A DNA stretch of 64,000 nucleotides from the NCBI GenBank assembly GCA_964583615.1, contig CAZOWM010000003.1, positions 30,934 to 94,933 on the forward strand. Reading direction: 5' to 3'. Every line of letters starts with the position of its first letter. The first letter of the stretch is position 1. Made by a program: the position numbers and the translations under genes. Positions 1-10,207 of the stretch are shown in pieces. This DNA is from an uncultured Spirochaetota bacterium. GTDB taxonomy: Bacteria > Spirochaetota > B62-G9 > DRHN01. The notes under the pieces were generated by a model that was not told where the DNA came from, did not search any database, and worked only from the letters and a program-made list of their open reading frames with translations.

Positions 1-188
1 CGCCAAAACAAGGGGCACCGCCATCGGGATAGGGCATATACAGCGTGCGTACACCCTCCCCGTACTCAATGCACAGTTCGAAAGACTGAAAGCGGAAAAC
101 ATTTCTCTCGTATTCGCGTCCGAAGCAGTGAAAATCAATTGAAATTGATGATGAATGGTATTATCAATAGGTTTCGTGGGTAAAATAG

Positions 189-1220
189 ATGAAAATTCTC
201 GGTATAGAGACAACCTGTGACGAGACATCGGCCTCCGTTGTCGAAGACGGGACAAGGATTCTGAGCAATATCGTGGCAACACAGCACGAGTTTCATAAAG
301 AGTTTGCGGGAGTCGTCCCGGAAATCGCGTCGAGGAAACACCAGGAAGTGATAAACTATGTGATAGAGAAAAGTCTTCAGTCCGCATCGATCGGTTTGCG
401 TGATATCGATGCGGTTGCAGTGTCTTCACATCCCGGACTGATCGGCTCGCTGCTGGTCGGTCTGGTTGTTGCCAAGACGTTGAGTCTTACACTGAATGTC
501 CCTCTCATCGGTATCAATCATCTCGAGGCCCATCTCTATTCGATCCATTTTGACAACACGGTCGAATATCCGATAATCGGTCTCATCATATCCGGAGGCC
601 ATACACTTCTCGTACGTTCAGAGGGAATCGGACAGTATGAAATACTGGGAAGCACGCTCGACGATGCCGTCGGCGAGGCCTTCGATAAAGTCGCAAAGCA
701 TCTGGGGCTCGGATATCCAGGTGGACCGGCGATTGAACAGGCCGCGAAAAAAGGAAAAGAGGATGCGTTTGTCTTTCCCCGTGTCATACTCAACGGCGGA
801 AAGGACAGATACAACTTCAGCTATAGTGGGTTGAAGAATGCAGTGATCAACCAGAGAAAGAACTTTCTTCGTACCGGAGACGTGAACTCTGTTGAAAATA
901 TTGCTTCTGCCTTTCAGGCAGCGGCCACGGATGTACTGCTGACAAAGGCACAGTGGGCGTGCGGAGACTATTCTATCAGAAGGGTCGCACTTGCAGGCGG
1001 CGTTGCAAACAACGGGCGGGTACGTCAAATATTCGTCAGCGAGGACACCCTTGTATCCTATCTTCCCCAAAAATCCCTCACACAGGACAACGCTGCAATG
1101 GTCGCTGGGCTCGGTTATTACAAATATCTCGAAGGCGATGTTGCTGATCTCGATCTTTCACCTCAGTCGAGAATCTCCGGCATCGGAAAAGGAAAAAGGA
1201 AAAGGAATGGGAATAAATGA
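189..1220 (+). CDS. tsaD: tRNA N6-adenosine threonylcarbamoyltransferase TsaD (Kae1/YgjD/Gcp family)
   Basis: 343-aa ORF with N-terminus MKILGIETTCDETSASV and metal-binding His motifs typical of TsaD. Overlaps lysS by 14 nt. Confidence 0.9.
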   Translation: MKILGIETTCDETSASVVEDGTRILSNIVATQHEFHKEFAGVVPEIASRKHQEVINYVIEKSLQSASIGLRDIDAVAVSSHPGLIGSLLVGLVVAKTLSLTLNVPLIGINHLEAHLYSIHFDNTVEYPIIGLIISGGHTLLVRSEGIGQYEILGSTLDDAVGEAFDKVAKHLGLGYPGGPAIEQAAKKGKEDAFVFPRVILNGGKDRYNFSYSGLKNAVINQRKNFLRTGDVNSVENIASAFQAAATDVLLTKAQWACGDYSIRRVALAGGVANNGRVRQIFVSEDTLVSYLPQKSLTQDNAAMVAGLGYYKYLEGDVADLDLSPQSRISGIGKGKRKRNGNK

Positions 1221-2670
1221 AGAAAGAGCGATCCGGATAAAAAAACTCGAGGAGATACGTGCTCAGGGGGTAAACCCCTACAAGGATCGGTTTGTAAGAA
1301 CTCACACACTCGCAGAGGCAAAAAGCCAGAATCTTGGCACAAATGATATCAGGATCGCAGGGAGAATACTGACCATACGCATATTCGGGAGGCTGATATT
1401 CGCCACACTGAAGGACTTCTCCGGAAAAACACAGATCGCACTCCAGGAGAAGGTGGTGGGAAAAGACCAGTTTGCATTTTTTAAAAAATACATCGACATC
1501 GGTGACTTCATCGGAGCAGAAGGAACCATTTTCAAAACAAAAACGGGAGAAATCACGCTTGATGTGGGAAACTATAGGCTGCTTTCGAAAACACTGCGAC
1601 CGCTCCCGGAAAAATTTCACGGCCTGACCGACAGGGAGTCGCTTTACAGACAGAGATACCTCGACCTTATCATGAACGAGGAGACGACAGAACGGTTTAA
1701 AAAGCGAACCGCGATTATCCGTTCTCTTCGCACGTTTCTCGACGCGGAGGGATTTGTGGAGGTTGAAACTCCAATCCTGCAGACGAAGCCGTCCGGCGCG
1801 ATTGCAAATCCATTTGTAACTCATCACAATGCCCTTGGGCTCGATCTTTACCTGAGGATTGCGCCGGAAACCTATCTCAAACGGTGCATTGCGGGCGGTT
1901 TTGAAAGGGTGTATGAATTTGCCAGAAGCTTCCGCAATGAAGGCCTCGATCCTTCCCACCTTCAGGATTTCACACTATTCGAGTATTACGTCGCGTACTG
2001 GAACTATGAGGACAACATGCGGTTCACCCAGAGGCTCATCAAGCGCGTACTCAATGAAGTAAACGGCTCTCTAAAGCTCCGATTCGGGGAAAAAACGTTT
2101 GATTTTCGCGGTGACTGGGAAAGACTAACTCTGCGTGAATTGATTCTCAGAGATACGGGAATCGACTATGAAGAGCATGAGGACTCCGCGCATCTGAGAA
2201 AAGCGATCGAAAAGCGCGGCATAGACATACAGGACATGAAAAAAATGGGCTTCGGAAGCCTCATCGATAACCTCTACAAGAAAGTTTCGAGACAGAACAT
2301 CGCAGGACCGCTCTTCATCATCCATCACCCGATTGCGCTCTCCCCTCTCGCCCGGAGAAACGACGACCAAGAAACTGTGACGGACAGGTTTCAGCTCGTA
2401 ATTAACGGATTGGAAATCGTAAATGCGTACAGCGAGCTCGTTGATCCGATTGACCAGAGGAACCGTTTCGAACAACAGGTGTCTTTACGAAAAAAAGGTG
2501 ACACAGAAACGATGGTGATGGATGAGGACTTTCTCATCGCCATGGAGCACGGCATGCCGCCGATCTCCGGATGGGGAATGGGACTCGACCGATTCGTGTG
2601 CCTCCTCACCAATCAGGAAAACCTGAGAGATGTGATTTTGTTTCCCTTAATGAAACCGCAGGATGACTGA
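1207..2670 (+). CDS. lysS: lysyl-tRNA synthetase, class II
   Basis: The track ORF begins at 991, but the LysS-like sequence starts at the internal ATG 1207 (MGINEERAIRIKKLEEIRAQG). It has an OB-fold anticodon-binding region and class II motifs (FRNEG..., GGGxGxDR-like GWGMGLDR). Confidence 0.9.
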   Translation: MGINEERAIRIKKLEEIRAQGVNPYKDRFVRTHTLAEAKSQNLGTNDIRIAGRILTIRIFGRLIFATLKDFSGKTQIALQEKVVGKDQFAFFKKYIDIGDFIGAEGTIFKTKTGEITLDVGNYRLLSKTLRPLPEKFHGLTDRESLYRQRYLDLIMNEETTERFKKRTAIIRSLRTFLDAEGFVEVETPILQTKPSGAIANPFVTHHNALGLDLYLRIAPETYLKRCIAGGFERVYEFARSFRNEGLDPSHLQDFTLFEYYVAYWNYEDNMRFTQRLIKRVLNEVNGSLKLRFGEKTFDFRGDWERLTLRELILRDTGIDYEEHEDSAHLRKAIEKRGIDIQDMKKMGFGSLIDNLYKKVSRQNIAGPLFIIHHPIALSPLARRNDDQETVTDRFQLVINGLEIVNAYSELVDPIDQRNRFEQQVSLRKKGDTETMVMDEDFLIAMEHGMPPISGWGMGLDRFVCLLTNQENLRDVILFPLMKPQDD

Positions 2671-2673
2671 CCT

Positions 2674-3987
2674 TCAGTTCGTCAAACCGGCAATTGCTGC
2701 ACCTATCAGGGGCGCATTCTCCACTTTGACGAACTCATAATAGTGTCCTTTCCTGTTCATGAGGAAATCCTTCATGTAGAACTGGACCCTCTCTCTCAGG
2801 GATTTAAGCCCGTAGAATGTACTCCCGTCTGCAGTGATGCACACGGGATGAAGAGGGTCTTTCCCTTTTCCGGATTGGATCACCACTGATGAAAGTGCCA
2901 CGGCTGAAAGTTTCGCAGCCCGTTCGATCAGTCGGTCGATGATCTGGTATGCGGTCTGCGAATCTTGTGCGCTCCCTTTTTCCAGTGCATTTGAAATGGG
3001 TGTGTTTCCGGACTCAGGATCGAGCATATACTCACTGACCTCTTTCGTATCAAGTGTTCTCAATTCACCGAGACGCTCCCTCACCTTCACCGAAAACAGT
3101 CCATACTCTGCGGCACTCCTGAGCGTCCACAAGCAGAGAGGACCGAAATATGCACCGGAGATCATCTTCTCAAATGTGTACTCACCTGGATTCTGCATCG
3201 AGCGGTCGTAGGCAATATCAATAGAACCTCTCGGCGCTTTCCCGAACCCGCCGAATTCGGTATTCACTACCTGTGCCTTTTCAGGGTCGAGGCCTGCAAG
3301 CTTTTCGATGGCGCTGTTTTTTTCCACGTAGGCACTGTTCGTTCCGGTGCCGAGAATAAAACCGATAAATGAATCGAATGTTCTTTTCTGAAATGCGGAG
3401 CGCCCAGCTAAAAGCGTGGCAACAGTATCGTTGAGAATAACAACCCTGTGCCCGGCGTTTTTTCCCTTCCTCCGAAGTGTGGATATCAGGTTCTCCCCCA
3501 GAAGCTCTCCAATGACCTGCTCGGCCTTTATCTCTTTTGAGAACTGTATCGTTTTCCCATCTCTGTTTGGAAGCATCTCAGTGGAGTAGGAGAAACAGAA
3601 TCCGATGCAGTCGCTTTTATCGATGACACGCTCGATATAACGCGCGATTGTTTCGAAAAACTCTGACTTAGTGACCGGTGAATGGATACCCGGCATCGAC
3701 TGCTTTTCGTAGTTTTCGATGATCGGCCTTTTTTTGTCGTCAAAATAGAGTGTAGCCACCCTGAAATTCGTGCCGCCGGCATCGAGCGCAATCACTGATT
3801 TTTCCGACGGGATCTCCTTTTCCACTTCTATGTAGGTGGGAAGCATCTCAAGGCTGCTTGGTTTCCCCTGCAACCCCTTTCTCATCTCTTCTGTGAAAAC
3901 TTCGACACATGCTGGAATATCGATGTCTTCGAAATCCATTTCACAGCTTCTCAGAAAATTAATGACCTTGTTCTTCACCCGCTCCAT
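2674..3987 (-). CDS. hexokinase (eukaryote-type, PF00349/PF03727 family)
   Basis: Carries the ALDAGGTNFRV phosphate-1 motif and a GFCFSYS sugar-binding region. Start placed at ATG 3987 (MERVKNKV), 8 nt downstream of an AGGAGG RBS; the longer ORF to 4017 lacks an RBS. Confidence 0.75.
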   Translation of the reverse strand: MERVKNKVINFLRSCEMDFEDIDIPACVEVFTEEMRKGLQGKPSSLEMLPTYIEVEKEIPSEKSVIALDAGGTNFRVATLYFDDKKRPIIENYEKQSMPGIHSPVTKSEFFETIARYIERVIDKSDCIGFCFSYSTEMLPNRDGKTIQFSKEIKAEQVIGELLGENLISTLRRKGKNAGHRVVILNDTVATLLAGRSAFQKRTFDSFIGFILGTGTNSAYVEKNSAIEKLAGLDPEKAQVVNTEFGGFGKAPRGSIDIAYDRSMQNPGEYTFEKMISGAYFGPLCLWTLRSAAEYGLFSVKVRERLGELRTLDTKEVSEYMLDPESGNTPISNALEKGSAQDSQTAYQIIDRLIERAAKLSAVALSSVVIQSGKGKDPLHPVCITADGSTFYGLKSLRERVQFYMKDFLMNRKGHYYEFVKVENAPLIGAAIAGLTN

Positions 3988-4043
3988 TTCAGAACCTCCT
4001 GTTCGGCACATACACACACGTCACCGAAGAGTCCACTGCGGCC

Positions 4044-4730
4044 CTATTCTTTCCCTTTCTTCCTGTAGCACTCTTCCATGATTTTTTCCGTCTGTGTCGC
4101 ACCGAACCGCGTCGCACCCACGCTTCTCACCTTGACAGCCGTCTCGTAATCCCGAACTCCGTGAGCCGCCTTGACCTGCACCCTTTCGGAAACCGTTTTT
4201 CTCATCAATCGGAGGTCGTCCAACGTTGCACCTGCAGCTGCAAAGCCTGTGGATGTCTTGATGAAATCGGCACCCGCTTCCTCTGCAAGCCTGTATCCGG
4301 TTTTCTTCAGTTCGTCCGAGAGGTAGCAATTCTCGAAAATGACCTTCACGATCACCCCTTTTCGATGAGAGGCATCGACCACTGCCTTGATATCATTTCT
4401 TACATAATCGAATTCCCCGCTCTTCAGTTTTCCGATATTGATCACCATGTCGAGCTCTTTTGCACCGTCATCGATCGCCTTTTCCGCTTCAAAGACCTTC
4501 GTATCAGTCCTGTTGTACCCGTGAGGAAATCCGATGATGGTCGTAGGATTCACCCCAGACCCCTCAAGATGCGTGCGCACAAGAGGTAATGCGGAAGGAG
4601 AGCAACACACGGACGCCACCTTGTACTTTTTTGCGATTTCACAGCCTGCGATGATATCCTCATCAGTAAGCTCCGGCTTCAACAGCGAGTGGTCGATCAT
4701 ATTCGCGATATCTCTGCATGTAAATTCCAT
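4044..4730 (-). CDS. deoC: deoxyribose-phosphate aldolase
   Basis: 228-aa class I aldolase with DeoC-like GADFIKTSTGF Schiff-base lysine region and CCSPS/VINIGKLKSGE motifs. Confidence 0.85.
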   Translation of the reverse strand: MEFTCRDIANMIDHSLLKPELTDEDIIAGCEIAKKYKVASVCCSPSALPLVRTHLEGSGVNPTTIIGFPHGYNRTDTKVFEAEKAIDDGAKELDMVINIGKLKSGEFDYVRNDIKAVVDASHRKGVIVKVIFENCYLSDELKKTGYRLAEEAGADFIKTSTGFAAAGATLDDLRLMRKTVSERVQVKAAHGVRDYETAVKVRSVGATRFGATQTEKIMEECYRKKGKE

Positions 4731-5012
4731 TATTGAACACCTCCAGTCGTATTTTGTTCACCCCTATTTCAGGAAAAAATATAAATTTCAGTTAACATAC
4801 CTCAAAAACTGTGTTAAATTTAAGAGTGCCTGCAGTGTTCGTGATGCTGGCTACCCAATTTTTGAGCCAACACTCATATTAAAGGGATGTCAATATCCAC
4901 CTGGGGAATGCACTCACCCGCAGAGGTTTAAGAGTACAGGAAACAGGTGTGCGACGGCCCACCTGATTATTCAGGTTCAAAACGGCCCCGGCACACGGCA
5001 TATGCGGGCTTT

Positions 5013-6767
5013 TTATATCCCCCGTTCGCCCAGTAATATTTTCAGCTGCTTGATATCATGTATGATTTTCTGACGATCATAGTCTTGAAAACGAGAGGGA
5101 ACCATCTCTCGTGAAGTACACTCCATAACTGCGACGAGATTCTGGAGCTCTATCTCGTGCGGGTAGGTCGGCGGCACGAAATCTTCGATGGTTTGCTCGA
5201 GATCGGATTCATTGATGATGATGTGGTTGTTCATCGTGGCGAGAAATTTTGCACGGATCAGGATCGATTCCAGGTCTGCACCGGAAAAATCAAAATTGCT
5301 TCGCTGCAACATACTGACGATATCGATTTTCTGAACTTTCATGCTGAGCTTTTTTACAAGAGTGTTGAACAAGAGCTGTTTTTCTTCGAGTGTTTCGGGG
5401 TAAAACAGTGCGAGGTGCTCCTCGGCCCTCCCCTGTCGTTTGAGGTCAATGGGGATGAGGTCAGGCCTGCACGTGATGAGAAACCAGATGATCTTTCCCC
5501 TGTATTCCGTGTTTCCCATAAAAGACGCAATCTGGGCGAATATCCTGTTGCTCGTGCCGGAATCACCTTCCTGGTTCCTGTGTCCGAGGAATGCATCCGC
5601 CTCATCGATCATCACCCCTACCGGTGCCATTGCCTTGAGTATATTGAGGATTTTCTCAAGATTCGATTCCGTGACTCCCTGCCACTTGCTTCTGAAGTTT
5701 TGAAATTTCACGATTGGAATCCCGATCTCTCCTGCAAAGGCGGTAACCATAAATGATTTTCCAGTTCCCACGGGCCCTGAAATCAGGTATCCCATTGGCA
5801 GAACATCGAGCCTTCCCTGTTTTATCGCCCGAGCTGCACTCTTAAACCGTTTCTTTACAAAATCATGACCTGAGACCATTGAGAGGTCGTATTCTGTCTC
5901 GATGAATTCCAGAAGCCCGATTGCCTCAGCCTCTATGATCTCCTTTTTCTTTTCCTTGAGATAATGAAGGTCTATCTCCCTGTTTTCCTGAAACGACTCT
6001 GCGGCGAGTTGGTGAATGTTCACAAGATTCAGCCCGCTTGTGACCCGCCCCATCATCTCTGCCGAAAGCCCACGCGAAACGATAAGCTCATCCTTTTTAT
6101 GCAGATATTTGAAAAAACTCTCTCTCACCCGCTCGTCCGGAATAGGGATATTGACTTTCACGGTGCTCGGCGACCTGATGATCCGCGGGCTTAGATCTGC
6201 AAGGTTTTCTGTGAGGAGTATGATGGAAATGTCGTTTTCATTGAATATTGGATCTGTTGCCCACCGGTTGAGGGTGACGAGACAGTATCGGTCCTCATCG
6301 GTATAGTGCGAAATGTCAGTACTCGGAACAATCGTCTCTGCATAGTCAACGATCAAAACAATTCTCAGCTTTCGTCTGATGTTTTTGTAACAGTATTTCT
6401 CGAGGTAGTGAAATGCTTCCGAGGGGTCCTTGGAAAGAAAATCATCAGAACCCTCATTCCCGACGATGGATTTCATCTCTGCGAGATATTCCTGCTTCAT
6501 CTCAGGCTTGCAGAAGGTAATTCCGGAGGACCTGTCGTAATAAATGATGATGTCCCTGTTTCCGAAAAGTATGTCGGAAATATAACTCTGTATCTTTACA
6601 AAGATGAACTCCTCCTCATGCATCTTATGAGGAAGGTAATCTCGTATGTTTCCGTATACCACGTAAAGGTTTGCCGTCTTCGAGCAGTACTTGTAGGAAA
6701 GCTCCTGTGCCCAGGAGGGAAGAATCTTGATAAAAGGGAGGTGCTTCAGAATAAGCTGTTCAGCCAC
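5013..6767 (-). CDS. AAA+ ATPase with uncharacterized ~300-aa N-terminal domain
   Basis: C-terminal half has Walker A GPVGTGKS, Walker B VMIDEADAF and a classic-clade AAA second region of homology. The N-terminal ~300 aa match no family I can name. Confidence 0.8.
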   Translation of the reverse strand: MAEQLILKHLPFIKILPSWAQELSYKYCSKTANLYVVYGNIRDYLPHKMHEEEFIFVKIQSYISDILFGNRDIIIYYDRSSGITFCKPEMKQEYLAEMKSIVGNEGSDDFLSKDPSEAFHYLEKYCYKNIRRKLRIVLIVDYAETIVPSTDISHYTDEDRYCLVTLNRWATDPIFNENDISIILLTENLADLSPRIIRSPSTVKVNIPIPDERVRESFFKYLHKKDELIVSRGLSAEMMGRVTSGLNLVNIHQLAAESFQENREIDLHYLKEKKKEIIEAEAIGLLEFIETEYDLSMVSGHDFVKKRFKSAARAIKQGRLDVLPMGYLISGPVGTGKSFMVTAFAGEIGIPIVKFQNFRSKWQGVTESNLEKILNILKAMAPVGVMIDEADAFLGHRNQEGDSGTSNRIFAQIASFMGNTEYRGKIIWFLITCRPDLIPIDLKRQGRAEEHLALFYPETLEEKQLLFNTLVKKLSMKVQKIDIVSMLQRSNFDFSGADLESILIRAKFLATMNNHIIINESDLEQTIEDFVPPTYPHEIELQNLVAVMECTSREMVPSRFQDYDRQKIIHDIKQLKILLGERGI

Positions 6768-6833
6768 GTTCTGCTCCCATGCTCTCTTATCCGTTCATTT
6801 AATATGTAATAATAATCATAACCGCGGGGTTAT

Positions 6834-7529
6834 TCAATGTTTAATACCGCCTATGAAGATTCTGGCGCACATGTTCATCAGAAAGGAAATGCCCAGCAGG
6901 ATGAGCGCGCTGAAGCTCAGAAGCAGTTTGCCTGTGTACGGGAAAAACGGCGCGGTGATCGATATAAGCGCAATCACAGTAAACGCACAGATCGTTTTTT
7001 CTCCATATTTGACAAAGACGGGGAAAGTGTCGTCCGCCGGAAGCAGAAGAAGAATGAACTCATACCCGTACCGCATGAGCCCGATTATAAGAATCCATGC
7101 TTCCATGCCGGCGAATACGAAACCGTTCACTGACAGAGAGAGGGTGAAAAACGCATCGACTTCCATATCGAGCTTTGCCCCGAAGACTGTGCACCCTTTC
7201 CAGCGTGCTATCATTCCATCGATTACATCTGTGAGCGCGGCAGCCGATATGAAAAAAAATTTATACACAGTGAATTCCGGACGGAGCGCCATCCAGCACA
7301 GGAAAACCCCTCCCGCTCCAAGCCGGAAAAGCGTGACTATATTCTGCAGGCGCATGACTCTGTGGCGCTGTACGATCAGCAGAATGGCAAACATCGCAAA
7401 ACCGTATCCCACCAACCCGAAAACAAGCCCGGAGACGTACGTACGTGTGTTTCCAAGAAAAAAAAGCGTACAGAACGCAATACAGATGAGAGAGTGCGTC
7501 AGTGCCCAGGAGTCTTTGGGCTTCCCCAT
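6834..7529 (-). CDS. CDP-alcohol phosphatidyltransferase family membrane protein
   Basis: Polytopic membrane protein containing D-G-x2-A-R-x8-G-x3-D-x3-D (DVIDGMIARWKGCTVFGAKLDMEVD). Confidence 0.6.
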   Translation of the reverse strand: MGKPKDSWALTHSLICIAFCTLFFLGNTRTYVSGLVFGLVGYGFAMFAILLIVQRHRVMRLQNIVTLFRLGAGGVFLCWMALRPEFTVYKFFFISAAALTDVIDGMIARWKGCTVFGAKLDMEVDAFFTLSLSVNGFVFAGMEAWILIIGLMRYGYEFILLLLPADDTFPVFVKYGEKTICAFTVIALISITAPFFPYTGKLLLSFSALILLGISFLMNMCARIFIGGIKH

Positions 7530-8035
7530 TCCTCGTAAAACACGATCTTTTCGATTGGGAGTCTGTCCTTTTCTCGTAGCGTGCCTTCCTTTGGATATCC
7601 GAGAGTGAGCAGTTCCACGACCTTGATATGATCCGGTATTTCAAGAAGTTTCTTCACTTCGTCCTCATAAAAGGCCCCGATCCAGCACGTGCCCAATCCC
7701 AATCCCACAGCCCGAAGTGTGATATGGTCGATCGCGATTGCAACGTCGATCGGATAGCAGAGCTGACCACAGCGCATCTCATGATAATCGGTATCCGCAC
7801 AGCAGGCCAGTATACATGGAGCATTCCCGACAAAGAGCTGCCCTGCCGCGGCTTTCGACATTTTCTGCCGCTTTGTGCTGTCGGTGACAACGACGAAACG
7901 CCATTCCTGCCGGTTTCCGGCAGAAGGTGCAAGCCGTGCCGCTTCAACAACTGCCTCGATCTTTTGCTTTTCCACCGGGCGGTCTGCATATTCTCTCACG
8001 CTCTGTCTACTTCTGATTGCTTCCTCTACTGTCAT
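7499..8035 (-). CDS. nitroreductase-family FMN oxidoreductase
   Basis: 178 aa, RQSVREY...P, APSAGNRQ..W.FVVV pattern characteristic of the nitroreductase fold. 31-nt overlap with the downstream gene. Confidence 0.75.
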   Translation of the reverse strand: MTVEEAIRSRQSVREYADRPVEKQKIEAVVEAARLAPSAGNRQEWRFVVVTDSTKRQKMSKAAAGQLFVGNAPCILACCADTDYHEMRCGQLCYPIDVAIAIDHITLRAVGLGLGTCWIGAFYEDEVKKLLEIPDHIKVVELLTLGYPKEGTLREKDRLPIEKIVFYEEWGSPKTPGH

Positions 8036-8209
8036 TATTTCCCCTCACAATTTTTTCATCATTATAAACGTATTCCAGCAGATTTTTCAACAAACTTCAT
8101 GGCCATCTATTCCACGGAACGCCGACGCGCACAGTACAAAAAAGCGTTCTTTCTTTTTACTGCAAAAAACGGTATTTTATATGGCTAAATAGCTTTACGA
8201 GGGGTCGGC

Positions 8210-9988
8210 ATGAAGAAACTTCTTTCAGGGAACGAGGCAATCGCACGAGGAGCGTACGAATACGGAGTGAAGGTTGCGGCGGGTTATCCCGGAACGCCGA
8301 GTACTGAAATACTCGAAAACCTCTCGCGGTATGAAGGTGTGTACGTCGAGTGGGCTCCGAACGAGAAAGTCGCTCTTGAGGTCGCGATCGGCGCATCTCT
8401 CACCGGTATCAGAGCCATGGCCACCATGAAGCATGTGGGGTTAAACGTCGCAGCAGACCCGCTCATGACATTCTCCTACACGGGAGTGGAAGGAGGGCTG
8501 GTCATTGTGGTCGCGGATGACCCGGGAATGCACTCATCACAAAACGAACAGGATTCAAGAAATTATGCACGCTTTGCGAAGGTCCCTCTTCTGGAGCCGT
8601 CTGACTCGGATGAAGCAAAGCGATTCCTCGGGCTCGCATTCGAGATTTCCGAACAGTACGATACCCCGGTCATTGTGCGGTCAACTACGAGAATATCCCA
8701 CTCCAAGGGCATCGTGAACCTGGAAGAACGAGTTTTTGAAGACCGCACTCCCGACTACCGGAGACAACCCTCCAAGTATCTGATGGTTCCCTCCTATGCG
8801 AGAAACAGGAGGATTGCGGTCGAAGAACGGAGCAAAAAATTGCGCGAGCTTGCAAACACCTTTCCTGAGAATAAAAATATTTGCGGCAACTCGAGGCTTG
8901 GAATCATCACATCCAGCATTTCCTATCAGTACGTCAGGGAAATCTTTCACGACGCCTCAATACTGAAACTCTCGCTGTCCTATCCCTTTCCGGACAAACT
9001 CATAAGCAATTTCATATCTGAGGTGGAAAATGTTTTCGTTGTCGAGGAGCTGGATCCCTTCATCGAAGAACACGTTCGTGCGCTCGGTGCCACCCCTGTA
9101 GGAACCGAACTCGTGCCGTGTATCGGAGAGCTCAATCCAGATATCCTTCTCGATGCGCGAAAACAGCTCGCAGCGCACGGTCTTTTCGAAATGAACACCG
9201 AGTTTCCCGCACAGATAAAACTGAAACAGGATTTCCCTCTCCCTGCTCGTCCGCCGGTTCTCTGCCCGGGATGCGCACACAGGGGGGTATTCTATACACT
9301 GAAGCAGTTCAATCCAGTGGTAATCGGAGACATCGGCTGCTACAGCCTCGGTGGGCTTGCACCCCTCGACAGCATGGACGCAATCATCTGTATGGGAGCG
9401 GGTGTGAGTGCAGCGATGGGTGTGTCCAAAAGCGGCCTTGACAGACCTGTGGTAGGCATAGTAGGCGACTCTACATTCTTTCACTCTGGAATAACCGGGC
9501 TTCTTGATATCGGCTACAACAATGGAAATCTCACGATCATCGTTCTGGACAACCGTGTGACCGCCATGACCGGACATCAACAAAACCCGGGAACCGGAGT
9601 TACTCTGAGCGGGGAGCACAGCTTTCAGGCCCGGATTGAAAAATTCGCAGAGGCCTCTGGAATCACAAGGATTCGTGTATTCGACCCATACGACCTGGCG
9701 CAGACCGCAGCAGTGATGAACGAAGAACTCCACTGCGGGCAGGCATCGCTCCTCATATCCAGACGTCCCTGCGTGCTCATTCAGGAAAGAAAAGAGTTCG
9801 CCGTGTATGCAATCGATGAGGAAGCATGCAGGGCATGCGGGAAATGTTTGAAGCTGGGCTGTCCTGCCATTGAAAAAAAGACCGGTGCCGGGGGAAAATG
9901 GGTCGCATTTATCAGTCCGACTCTCTGCACAGGCTGCTCCGTGTGCGCACAGGTATGTCCGTTTGACGCAATTGGTGAACAACAATGA
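8210..9988 (+). CDS. iorA: indolepyruvate/2-oxoacid:ferredoxin oxidoreductase alpha subunit
   Basis: 592 aa with TPP-binding N-domain (GYPGTPSTEI), GDIGCY TPP motif, and a C-terminal 2x[4Fe-4S] ferredoxin domain (CRACGKC..CP, CTGCSVCAQVCP). Confidence 0.85.
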   Translation: MKKLLSGNEAIARGAYEYGVKVAAGYPGTPSTEILENLSRYEGVYVEWAPNEKVALEVAIGASLTGIRAMATMKHVGLNVAADPLMTFSYTGVEGGLVIVVADDPGMHSSQNEQDSRNYARFAKVPLLEPSDSDEAKRFLGLAFEISEQYDTPVIVRSTTRISHSKGIVNLEERVFEDRTPDYRRQPSKYLMVPSYARNRRIAVEERSKKLRELANTFPENKNICGNSRLGIITSSISYQYVREIFHDASILKLSLSYPFPDKLISNFISEVENVFVVEELDPFIEEHVRALGATPVGTELVPCIGELNPDILLDARKQLAAHGLFEMNTEFPAQIKLKQDFPLPARPPVLCPGCAHRGVFYTLKQFNPVVIGDIGCYSLGGLAPLDSMDAIICMGAGVSAAMGVSKSGLDRPVVGIVGDSTFFHSGITGLLDIGYNNGNLTIIVLDNRVTAMTGHQQNPGTGVTLSGEHSFQARIEKFAEASGITRIRVFDPYDLAQTAAVMNEELHCGQASLLISRRPCVLIQERKEFAVYAIDEEACRACGKCLKLGCPAIEKKTGAGGKWVAFISPTLCTGCSVCAQVCPFDAIGEQQ

Positions 9989-10140
9989 AGACATGGCTGT
10001 TTTACAGCGTTATCACCCTTTTTCTCTGGGGGTTTTGGGGATTCTTGGGAAAAGCTGCGGCGGAGAACATACCAAGCAGGACTCTTCTGGTGCTCGCGTG
10101 TCTCGGGTTTGCGCTCGCGTTTCCGATCACAGAAGAATAA
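9985..10140 (+). pseudogene. 51-aa ORF translationally coupled to iorA (ATGA); resembles the N-terminus of an EamA/DMT transporter; no iorB present
   Basis: My own translation (ORF is below the track cutoff): [51 protein letters not shown]. The ATG overlaps the iorA TGA. The FLWG...K pattern is typical of EamA first helices. Confidence 0.3.
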
Positions 10141-10179
10141 TATTTGCCTTTACACAGGAAATGAGCGCACAGATACTTT

Positions 10180-10207
10180 TTGTCCCTGCAAGGTGATCGT
10201 ATTATAT
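10180..10207 (+). promoter_or_regulatory. candidate sigma70-type promoter for asd
   Basis: TTGTCC, a 16-nt spacer, then TTATAT about 65 nt upstream of the asd start. Read by eye only. Confidence 0.25.

Noticed and set aside
4731-5012. 282-bp intergenic region checked for a tRNA or small RNA, and for a terminator of the AAA ATPase gene
   Set aside because: No acceptor/T-arm arrangement found; a GGTTCAAAACGG segment lacks pairing partners. An 8-bp GCATATGC palindrome followed by a U/T-rich run is too weak to call as a terminator.
6727-7608. 293-aa plus-strand ORF
   Set aside because: Antisense to the CDP-alcohol phosphatidyltransferase and nitroreductase genes. It has a Ser/Arg-rich biased composition typical of antisense frames.
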